The notes below the pieces were generated by a model. That model saw nothing but the letters and a program-made list of their open reading frames with translations. It was not told the origin of the DNA and ran no database searches. A stretch of 64,000 bases of DNA from assembly GCA_038227875.1 (NCBI GenBank), contig JBBRPR010000003.1:32001-96000 (forward strand), given 5' to 3'. Both the position numbers and the translations under genes were made by a program. Numbering within the stretch: the first letter of the stretch is position 1; every line of letters starts with the position of its first letter. Shown here piece after piece: positions 1 to 8,102 of this stretch. This stretch comes from Planctomycetota bacterium (GTDB lineage Bacteria; Planctomycetota; SZUA-567; H5-PLA8).

Positions 1-1
1 C

Positions 2-655
2 ATAATTGAGTGCGTGGATCTGGTGCGAGAGAAGTGCGCGTGGTCGCTGGGCGGGGATCATGACATTAAACTGTTCGAACCAATATCACCTGATGCAAGC
101 CATAGGCTTCAAAAGGTTCGCCAGCGCGAAATCGCAATGTTGAAGCCGCAGAATAATAGCGATGCACAAATACTTGAGCGTTGGGCGTGGTTGCAGAGTC
201 TTCAGCCGAAAAAAGCAGACCGCAATACGTTGTTCGTTCACGGCTCGCCACGCGATCCACAGCATGAATTCCTGTTGGAAGACGATTTCTTGATCTTTAA
301 TAACGCGCAGAACATCAAGGCATGTGAAGTCTTCAATTTCTCAGAATCCGTCTGTTTTTGTGCGCACACGGGACAACCTGGGATGGTTTACAAAGGTGAT
401 GAATGGATCAGGCCGAATGGCTTGGAGAATTGGCGAGGCCAAATTGACCCATCCCCTAAGGTCATCGTTAACGTTGGCTCCGTCGGACAACCACGCGACC
501 ATGACATTCGCAGTTGCTATGTGATCTGGGACGACGTTCAGCGCCATGTAACGTTTCATCGCATCCCGTACGACATCGAAGCCGCAATCAAACGCTTTCA
601 ACGTGTGCCGGAATTGGACAAAAGATTTGCGGACCGATTGAAAATAGGCGTGTAA
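2..655 (+). CDS. Calcineurin-like metallophosphoesterase family protein, 5'-truncated by window edge, degenerate metal motifs
   Basis: VHGSPRDP and NVGSVGQPRD motifs; frame open to window start (IIECVDLVR); aligns by eye with 27753..28532 but has GDHD for GNHD and AHTG for GHSH. Confidence 0.85.
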   Translation: MIECVDLVREKCAWSLGGDHDIKLFEPISPDASHRLQKVRQREIAMLKPQNNSDAQILERWAWLQSLQPKKADRNTLFVHGSPRDPQHEFLLEDDFLIFNNAQNIKACEVFNFSESVCFCAHTGQPGMVYKGDEWIRPNGLENWRGQIDPSPKVIVNVGSVGQPRDHDIRSCYVIWDDVQRHVTFHRIPYDIEAAIKRFQRVPELDKRFADRLKIGV

Positions 656-688
656 ACGTTCAGAAAAATCAAATTAAGGGAGCTCCTT

Positions 689-1111
689 TTGGACATCACC
701 ACCGTCGCTTTTAATCAATGGATCGGACTGCGCAGACCTTCAAAGCCCGAAGCCGCTCTGCTCGAACTTGAGCCGACCGGCCAGCACCTCAACCACCTCG
801 GCACAGTCCACGCCAGCGTCCAGTTTGCTCTGGCCGAGGCATGCAGCGGCGAATTTCTGTTGCGGGAGTTCGCCGGCCGTGAAGGCGGCTACGCACCGGT
901 CGTCCGGCGCGCCGAATCGAAATTCCGCAAACCCGCCAACGGCCTGCTCGCCGCACGCGCCACAGTTGATCCCGCTGAGCTCCAAAAATTCAAAGCCGAT
1001 CTCGAATCGAAAAAGCGCGCGCTGGTCACCATCAACGTCGACGTCTTCGATGCTCACGACGTCGTGACGCTCTCCGCCGCATTTGAATGGTTCATTCAAC
1101 GCATCAACTAA
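689..1111 (+). CDS. Hotdog-fold thioesterase (PaaI/DUF4442/YiiD-like)
   Basis: NHLGTVHASVQFALAE and FRKPA motifs; GGAG upstream of TTG start. Confidence 0.75.
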   Translation: MDITTVAFNQWIGLRRPSKPEAALLELEPTGQHLNHLGTVHASVQFALAEACSGEFLLREFAGREGGYAPVVRRAESKFRKPANGLLAARATVDPAELQKFKADLESKKRALVTINVDVFDAHDVVTLSAAFEWFIQRIN

Positions 1112-1124
1112 TAAAAAAAGGCCG

Positions 1125-1154
1125 TTCTTTGCGGCTTCGCGGCTTTGCGTGAGA
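1125..1154. repeat. 30-bp (CGCAAAGN)x3 dispersed repeat, single copy between convergent genes
   Basis: TTCTTTGCGGCTTCGCGGCTTTGCGTGAGA; near-identical to 25186-25215 and, reverse-complemented, to 25061-25090 and 58751-58780. Confidence 0.85.
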
Positions 1155-1163
1155 TAAAAAACC

Positions 1164-1988
1164 CTACGCCAGCCCGCGGTACGCACGCCATTCCGCCACG
1201 GCCGTGCCCAGCGCCTCGCCGGGCTTGGGAAGCTGCCCGTGGATCGTCAGCGCCGGGAAGTCGACGGCCAGGCTTTTCAGGCTCACCAGCAGTTCGCGGT
1301 AGCGGTAGTCCGGTTCGTTTTCCAGGCGGCGCAGGCATTCGGCCTGTTCGTGCGACGGTTTTTCCTTGTACGAATTCTCGCGCATGTTCGACGGGAACTT
1401 GAAGACAGTCAGCTCGTTCACCGCCACGAAGCGCTTGCCGAATTCCAATCCGCGCGAGAGAAAATCCACGTCCGGCTGCATGCGGATCGTGCGGTAGTCG
1501 CGCCAGCCGCCGATGTCTTCGGCAAAATCGCGGCGGTGAAGCACCGACGACGGCGGCACGAACTGGTTGTACTCGTACGTCCCCGATGGCGAGAGGCCCG
1601 TGATGCGGCGCACGTTTTTCGGCGGCGGTCCGATCATGGCCGCGAGCGTGTACGCCGCATCCGCGTCGCCGATAGATTTAAGCAGCGTCTCGAGATGTTC
1701 GCGGTGCCAGATGTCGTCGTGACCGAGGTACGCGACGTGCGGCGCCTGCGCGAGTTCCAGGCCCTTGTTGTTCGGCGCGGTCTGCGAACCGGAATTGGTT
1801 TCGAGATTGTGCCAGCGCACGCGCGGATCGCGAAACGACGCGACAACGTCGGCCGAGTCGTCGGTGCAGCCATCGCCGATCACCAGCAACTCGAAATCCG
1901 AGACCGTCTGCCACAGCACCGAACGAATCGCCAGCCGCAGCACGCTGCTCCAATTGTAAGTGGGAATGATGACGCTGACGCGCGGCAT
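1164..1988 (-). CDS. Glycosyltransferase family 2
   Basis: VSVIIPTYN, IGDGCTDDS and YLGHDD motifs. Confidence 0.9.
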   Translation of the reverse strand: MPRVSVIIPTYNWSSVLRLAIRSVLWQTVSDFELLVIGDGCTDDSADVVASFRDPRVRWHNLETNSGSQTAPNNKGLELAQAPHVAYLGHDDIWHREHLETLLKSIGDADAAYTLAAMIGPPPKNVRRITGLSPSGTYEYNQFVPPSSVLHRRDFAEDIGGWRDYRTIRMQPDVDFLSRGLEFGKRFVAVNELTVFKFPSNMRENSYKEKPSHEQAECLRRLENEPDYRYRELLVSLKSLAVDFPALTIHGQLPKPGEALGTAVAEWRAYRGLA

Positions 1989-1994
1989 GTGGGT

Positions 1995-2522
1995 TCAGCC
2001 TCCGCCAGAAATCGTGTCGAAGCGGTAGGGAATCTTATCGTTGATCAGCGGCAGGCGGAACTTGTCGGGATTGGCGTGGTTGTACGCCTTCGTCGGCAGG
2101 TTGATCAGTACCGCTTCGGTCGAACCGATGTTCTGAAACGCGTGATAGATGTGATCGGGATACGAGATCAGCATGCGGTTCTGGTCGCTGAAGCAGAGGA
2201 CGTTGAGCATCTTGTACGTCTTCGATTGCGGGCGGTCGTCGTAGAGCACGATCTTGACGCGGCCGTGGCGCAGAAAAATCCGGTCGTCCTGTTCCTTATG
2301 CATGACCCAGCCCTTGGCGCGGCCGGGCGCGATTGAAAATTCATACAGATAAACCAGCGGACCAGTGTGAAAGGCCCAGGCCGGATTGAAAATCTCGCAG
2401 AGCGATCCGCGCTCGTCGACCTGCGTGACCGCGTAGCGGATTTTCACGCCGTCGATCAGCGGTGCTACGCGTTCGCCAGAAGGTAGCACCGTCTGCGGAT
2501 CCTGTTTCGGCTCATGCGGCAT
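1995..2522 (-). CDS. dTDP-4-dehydrorhamnose 3,5-epimerase-like cupin (RmlC family)
   Basis: DERGSLCE, KGWVMHKEQDD and YHAFQN cupin motifs; 6 bp from the GT2 gene; start uncertain. Confidence 0.8.
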   Translation of the reverse strand: MPHEPKQDPQTVLPSGERVAPLIDGVKIRYAVTQVDERGSLCEIFNPAWAFHTGPLVYLYEFSIAPGRAKGWVMHKEQDDRIFLRHGRVKIVLYDDRPQSKTYKMLNVLCFSDQNRMLISYPDHIYHAFQNIGSTEAVLINLPTKAYNHANPDKFRLPLINDKIPYRFDTISGGG

Positions 2523-2709
2523 GGCGGCAAACACCCCTTAATTGGATTCTTCCGGCTGATCATAGTCGCGGCGAGAGAGAGTCAACGTTAGTTAATCGAA
2601 GGTACTTCCGGATTTCTAAAGAGACATCGACCGGCGATATTCGCCGAAAGTCTTCGGGTTCTGTTCACATAACTCTTAGTTCTGACAAACGTTCCACGGA
2701 TAGCGAAGT

Positions 2710-2725
2710 CGGCATGAACTTTGCA
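2710..2725 (+). promoter_or_regulatory. Putative sigma54 (-24/-12) promoter
   Basis: CGGCAT-GAACT-TTGCA fits YGGCAY-N5-TTGCW with exact GG-N10-GC spacing, about 50 bp upstream of ATG 2774. Confidence 0.65.
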
Positions 2726-2773
2726 CCATGTCCCCTCATTAGTGGAATTTGCTTCTGGGAAGGCGGCGGTGTC

Positions 2774-5700
2774 ATGAAAATCTTGCCCGGTTTAAACGGA
2801 CGACTGTCAAGATTTTCCGATCTGCTGAGCATACTGTCCGTAATCTGGACGACTGTGCAATGCACTGCGGTTTTTGCCGGACAGGCCCGGTTATCTATAG
2901 AGACACCTCGCGGCGGCGAATTCTTTGTTGTGGGGCAGCAGCAGTACGTCCGCGTGGCCTCCCGCCTGAAAAGCGTTGACGTCGCGCTCAGCCGCGACGG
3001 CGGGCAGACCTTCGAGAATCTCGGCACGATCAGCGCCACCGCCACCGATCTCACCAAACGCAATTCACTCGCGTGGACGGTCGCTGGACCGGCGAGCAAC
3101 GCCTGCGTCATCCGCATCAGCAGCGGCGTGTTCTCCATTTCGTCGGGCATGTTTGTGATCTCCGCGGCTCCTCCGACCACTGGATCCAGCGGAGGCACCG
3201 GTGGATCCAGCGGCGGCGGCGCGGTCAGCGGCGCGCCGGGATCGGTGGGCACGTTTCAACTTGCCGATGGTTCTGTCACCACGCCCAAACTCGCCGATGG
3301 CGCCGTGACCTCGCCGAAGATCAGCTCCGGCCAGGCCTCCGCGGCGCTGGTCTTGACCGCCGACGGCAGTGGCGGCGCCAACTGGTTGAACCTGCCGCCG
3401 GCCGATGCCATCGCACCCACCGCGGGCACGGACTTGATCACCGCCATCAACAACGCGGCGACGATCGGCACGGTCAACGCCAGCCGTCTCGACCCCAATC
3501 TCGCCGTCAAGAATGGTCCGAACACGTTCACCACCGGCACGCAGACCCTCAAGACCGGTGCGGATAGCACCGTCGGTGTGGTGGTGAAGGGGAATTCGCC
3601 GACGCAGAGCGCCGACTTGTTGCAGTGGCAGGATTCCACCGGGGTCGTGAAGGCCGCAGTCTCCGCGTCCGGTGTGATCAGCGGCAACGGTTCGAGCCTG
3701 ACGAATCTGAACGCCACCCAATTGACTTCCGGAACCGTGCCGGTTGCGCAATTGCCCATCGCCGGAATTGCGGCAGGAACGCGCGGCTCGGTCTACGCGG
3801 ACAATGCAACGATCATCGTCGGCGCCGACGGCCGGATCACTGCCATCGGCGCTGCGCCTTCGGGATTCGCGGGCGGCGATCTCTCCGGCTCGTATCCCTT
3901 TCCCGCTGTCGCGACCGGCGCGATCACGACCTCAAAAATCGCCAACGGTGCGATTACCGATGCGACCGTCAGCGACGTCGCGTGGGGGAAAATTACCGGC
4001 GTGCCCAGCAACACCGTCAACGCCGTCGAGAACAAAGGCGGCACACCCAGCGTTCAAAGCGGCACGGAAGCCGCGCTGCCCGCGGCCGGAACCGCCGGGC
4101 GCTTGTACGTGGCCGCTGACACGCTGAAGCTCTTCCGCGACAACGGCGCCAGCTGGGATCTCGTGAATCCCGCGTTGACCGGCGACGTGACCAAGCCCGC
4201 CGGATCGAACACCACGACGATCGCCGCCAGCGCCGTCACCACCGCCAAGCTTGCAAACGCAAACGTCACCGCCGCGAAGCTGGCCAATGGCTCGGTCGAT
4301 CTCGCCAGTGCCACAGTGACCGGCACCGTTCCCTTCGCCAACGGCGGCACCGGCGCCACGACGCAACAGTCGGCACTCAACGCGCTGGCCGGCGGCGTGG
4401 CCTCCGGAAAATTCCTGCGCGGCGACGGCACCAACGTGACGCTCTCTGCGATTCAAGCATCCGACGTCCCAACGCTCAATCAGAACACGACCGGCACCGC
4501 GGCGAATGTCACCGGCACCGTCGCCGTCTCTAACGGAGGCACCGGCGCGACGAGCCTGGGAACAAGCAAGCAGCCGCTGCTCGGCAACGGCACCGGCGCG
4601 GTGACCGCGGCGGCGGCTCCCACGACCACTGATGCGCTCGCCGATATGATTCTCGGCACCAGCGCGACCACTCAGAAGGGGATCGTGGTTCAAGGCCGGG
4701 CCTCGCAGACGGCCAATCTTCAGGAATGGCAGGACGCTTCCGGAGCGGTGAAAGCCGCCGTCTCGCCGGCGGGCGTGATCAGCGGAAACGGTTCGGGGCT
4801 GACGGCGTTGGACAGTTCGAATCTCACGACGGGAACCGTGCCGGTCGCACGGCTGCCGATCGCCGGAACGACTCCCGCGACCGCCGGTGCGGTGTATGCG
4901 GACAACACCTCGATCTCCGTCGCGGCCGACGGCAAGATCAGCGCCGTGGCCTCTGGCGTGACCCTGGGCGGCGATGTCGGCGGCGCGGCCAACAACAACA
5001 CCATCGTCGCGGGCGCGGTGACCGGATCGAAGATCGCCGCCAGCACCATCACCGGCGGAAATCTGGCCGGCAACATCTCCATCAACACGACCGGCAACAT
5101 CGCGACGACTGGTTCAGGCACGCTTTCCAGCGCCGGCGGCTTGACCGTCAGCGGCGGCAGCGTGGCCTTGCCAAACAACTCCGTCGCGGACGCGGCGCTC
5201 TCCACCAACGTACCGCTGAAGAACGCAGCCAACACCTTCACCACCGGCGCGCAGACGATTCAGACCGGAGCCGACGCGAACAAGGGACTGATCATCAAGG
5301 GCAACTCCGGCAGCCAGTCGGCGAACCTTCAGGAATTTCAAGACCACACCGGCGTGACGCTTTCGGCGATCGACAAGAGCGGCAATTTCACCGGCAACGC
5401 GGCAACCGCGACGACTTCGACGACGGCCGGCAACGTAAGCGGAACCGTTGCCGTCGCCAACGGCGGCACCGGCGCGACGACTATCGGCGGCGCACGAACC
5501 AACCTGGGCGCGGCTGCCAGCGGAGCCAACGCCGACATCACCTCCTTGACCGGTTTGACCACCGCGCTTCCTGTCACCGAAGGGGGCACCGGATCGACGA
5601 GCTTGGGAACCAGCAAGCAGCCTCTGCTCGGCAACGGCGCCGGCGCGGTGACCGCCGCGGCGGCACCGACCACGGCCGACGCGCTGGCCGATGCCGTCAT

Positions 5701-8074
5701 TGGAACCAGCGCCACGACTCAGAAAGGGCTGGTCGTTCAGGGACAAGCCTCGCAGACGGCCAACCTTCAGGAATGGCAGGACTCCACTGGCGCCGTAAAG
5801 GCCAGCGTCTCGGCCACGGGAGTCATCAGCAACTCTGTAGGCGGTGGTGGCTACATCAGCGCAAATTTCAATACCACCACGGATAATGTCTTCGGGATTG
5901 GAACCACCTCGTTCGCAAGCCGTAGCGCACTTTCACTCTCAGGAAATGGGGGATGGAAGGGCTGGATGATCATTCAGAATTCCGCCGACGGAAAATTGTC
6001 ATTCACACAGAACTCCGGAAACATCAATGCAGGTTCTCCCAGCCTTGTGATGGACACCAACCAGAATGTCGGCGTCGCGACCAGCGCGCCGGTCGATAGG
6101 TTGTCCATTGGCGCGGCACCCACGGCAGGCGCCACGCGGGCATTGGTAAATTTGAGCAACACGCCCCTGGTTGGAGGCAACGCCAACGGTACGTACATCG
6201 GCGGAAATCCAGCGTCCGCGAGCGCCGACTTTATGAATTATCAAGTGGGCGGGGCGTCAAAATTCAAGGTCGATGCCGCGGGGATTTTGACTGCAAGCGG
6301 CTTTAATTCCACAGGCGACCTGCTGCCTGCCACCGACAACTCTTACAAACTAGGCACGACCACCAAGCGCTGGCTGAGCCTGGACGCCGGCCCCACCGGT
6401 TTGGGCGTCCACAATGATGCCACCAACACGAACAAGATCTCGCTCGCGTTTTCGGGCTCCACCGCCCAGCTCGCGACCGACGCGGCGACTCCGCTGGCGA
6501 TCACCACCGGCGCGAACACCGGACTGAATCTGAACACGACCGGCTACGTGGGCATCGGGACGGCCAATCCGCTCAGCTCGCTGATGGTGCTGCAGCCGGG
6601 CGTCACGCAGGCCACGCCGACGCTCGCCGGCATCAATCCCACCTATGCAGGAAAAACCGTTCTGCTGGAAGGCGACAGCGCGGCGTACTTCGTGGGCCGG
6701 GCCGTTTCGAACTCGCTGGAGTTCATCATGGGCTGCTCGAGCAGTGGATACGCTTTTTCAGGGACGCTGACCAATCACAACTACGCCTTGCGAACCGCCA
6801 ACACCGACCGGGTGATGATCACGTCGACGGGCGTGGGCATCAATTCCGCGACGCCCAATGGCAAACTCGATGTGATCGGCACACCCACCGCGTCGGCCAA
6901 CTACGGACTGGTGAACATCGGCTCCGCGACCACCGCGTTCGATGGCAGCACCGCCGGCTTCTTTGCCGGCTCGGCCAATGGGACGCAATTGGCCGTCAAC
7001 GCCGCCAGTGGCTTCACCGGCAACCTGCTGGATCTGCAACTCGGGGGGAGCTCAAAATTCAAAATCGCCAGCGACGGGTCCTTTGCCTCCCCGGGAACTG
7101 GAACGAGCACAGTCGGTGCGTTGAACATCTCGGGTTTCGGTTCGCTGTATTCCAACAGCGTGTTGAATCTCGGCGCGGGTTCGTCGGGACAGGTGAAGCT
7201 GTTTCCGATGCAGGCTGTCAACACCAGCAGCGCGGTGGACGGCATCCTTGCGGCCGGCAACTTCGCGCCGACCAGCGGCACGGGCGTCTACAACACGCTG
7301 ACGCTCAACCCGACCATCAACCAGACCGGCGGATCGACGGGCGTCTCGCGCGGCATCTACATCACGCCGGTGCTGACCAGCGCCGCCGACTTCCGCGCCA
7401 TTGAAACGCGGCAGGGCAATGTGATCTTCGGCACGGTCTCCGGCAACGTCGGCATCGGCACGACCGCGCCGACACGAGCGCTGGGACTCGGCGGCGGCTC
7501 CGCGCAGAACATCGGGATGGAGCGCACTGCGGGCGGAAGCGGCAACGCGCTGACGCTCAATGCCGGCGGAGCCCAGTCCGGCGCCACGGACCAGAGCGGC
7601 GGAAATCTGATTCTCGCCGGCGGCGTCTCGACGGGCGCCGGATCGGCGTCGATCCTGATTCAGCCGGTCGCCGCTGGAGCATCGGGATCGGGCGACAACG
7701 CTCCGGCCACCAAGGTGACCATCGCAAGCAACAGCACGCAGTTTCAACATCAGTATTACGCCAACCGATTCGACAACGGCACGTGCTCATCCGGTACGGC
7801 GACGGTGGATTTCAACAGAGGAAATACGCAGGCGATCACGCTGGGCGCGAACTGTACGTTCACCTTCACCAATGCGCAGCTCGGTGCGCGGTACTTGGTT
7901 GAGATCATCCAGGACGGCACTGGCAGCCGCACCGCGACCTGGCCGGCGAACGTACGCTTCAGCGGCGGCGGCTCCCCGACGCTCACCACCACTGCCGGCT
8001 ACAAGGACATTCTCACCCTGTACTACGATGGCACAAATTTGAACTGTGCGCTGGCCTACGCGTTCGCCCCGTGA
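2774..8074 (+). CDS. Giant secreted phage-tail-fibre-like mosaic adhesin (1766 aa)
   Basis: Signal-like N-terminus; Ig-like PRGGE domain; LADGAVTxxK repeats; four QxAxLxxWQD/FQD modules; NGGTGAT repeats; VGIGTxxP repeats; C-terminal QDGTGSRTATWPANVRFSGGGSPTLTT domain; start placed at MKILPG. Confidence 0.75.
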   Translation: MKILPGLNGRLSRFSDLLSILSVIWTTVQCTAVFAGQARLSIETPRGGEFFVVGQQQYVRVASRLKSVDVALSRDGGQTFENLGTISATATDLTKRNSLAWTVAGPASNACVIRISSGVFSISSGMFVISAAPPTTGSSGGTGGSSGGGAVSGAPGSVGTFQLADGSVTTPKLADGAVTSPKISSGQASAALVLTADGSGGANWLNLPPADAIAPTAGTDLITAINNAATIGTVNASRLDPNLAVKNGPNTFTTGTQTLKTGADSTVGVVVKGNSPTQSADLLQWQDSTGVVKAAVSASGVISGNGSSLTNLNATQLTSGTVPVAQLPIAGIAAGTRGSVYADNATIIVGADGRITAIGAAPSGFAGGDLSGSYPFPAVATGAITTSKIANGAITDATVSDVAWGKITGVPSNTVNAVENKGGTPSVQSGTEAALPAAGTAGRLYVAADTLKLFRDNGASWDLVNPALTGDVTKPAGSNTTTIAASAVTTAKLANANVTAAKLANGSVDLASATVTGTVPFANGGTGATTQQSALNALAGGVASGKFLRGDGTNVTLSAIQASDVPTLNQNTTGTAANVTGTVAVSNGGTGATSLGTSKQPLLGNGTGAVTAAAAPTTTDALADMILGTSATTQKGIVVQGRASQTANLQEWQDASGAVKAAVSPAGVISGNGSGLTALDSSNLTTGTVPVARLPIAGTTPATAGAVYADNTSISVAADGKISAVASGVTLGGDVGGAANNNTIVAGAVTGSKIAASTITGGNLAGNISINTTGNIATTGSGTLSSAGGLTVSGGSVALPNNSVADAALSTNVPLKNAANTFTTGAQTIQTGADANKGLIIKGNSGSQSANLQEFQDHTGVTLSAIDKSGNFTGNAATATTSTTAGNVSGTVAVANGGTGATTIGGARTNLGAAASGANADITSLTGLTTALPVTEGGTGSTSLGTSKQPLLGNGAGAVTAAAAPTTADALADAVIGTSATTQKGLVVQGQASQTANLQEWQDSTGAVKASVSATGVISNSVGGGGYISANFNTTTDNVFGIGTTSFASRSALSLSGNGGWKGWMIIQNSADGKLSFTQNSGNINAGSPSLVMDTNQNVGVATSAPVDRLSIGAAPTAGATRALVNLSNTPLVGGNANGTYIGGNPASASADFMNYQVGGASKFKVDAAGILTASGFNSTGDLLPATDNSYKLGTTTKRWLSLDAGPTGLGVHNDATNTNKISLAFSGSTAQLATDAATPLAITTGANTGLNLNTTGYVGIGTANPLSSLMVLQPGVTQATPTLAGINPTYAGKTVLLEGDSAAYFVGRAVSNSLEFIMGCSSSGYAFSGTLTNHNYALRTANTDRVMITSTGVGINSATPNGKLDVIGTPTASANYGLVNIGSATTAFDGSTAGFFAGSANGTQLAVNAASGFTGNLLDLQLGGSSKFKIASDGSFASPGTGTSTVGALNISGFGSLYSNSVLNLGAGSSGQVKLFPMQAVNTSSAVDGILAAGNFAPTSGTGVYNTLTLNPTINQTGGSTGVSRGIYITPVLTSAADFRAIETRQGNVIFGTVSGNVGIGTTAPTRALGLGGGSAQNIGMERTAGGSGNALTLNAGGAQSGATDQSGGNLILAGGVSTGAGSASILIQPVAAGASGSGDNAPATKVTIASNSTQFQHQYYANRFDNGTCSSGTATVDFNRGNTQAITLGANCTFTFTNAQLGARYLVEIIQDGTGSRTATWPANVRFSGGGSPTLTTTAGYKDILTLYYDGTNLNCALAYAFAP
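4535..5830 (+). repeat. Intragenic direct duplication of about 250 bp (about 4535-4780 vs 5582-5830)
   Basis: GGTGxTSLGTSKQPLLGNGxGAVTAAAAPTTxDALAD...QTANLQEWQDxxGAVKAxVS occurs twice with high DNA identity. Confidence 0.85.
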
Positions 8075-8102
8075 GTGACACCTCGGAAAGTGCGCTTCGA
8101 AG

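Noticed and set aside
2462..2773. ORF-track N-terminal extension of the fibre gene
   Set aside because: Overlaps the divergent RmlC-like gene and the sigma54 promoter; a signal-like sequence begins at ATG 2774
2774..8074. Prophage interpretation of the tail-fibre-like gene
   Set aside because: Signal-like N-terminus, and no capsid, terminase, baseplate, integrase or lysis genes in the window
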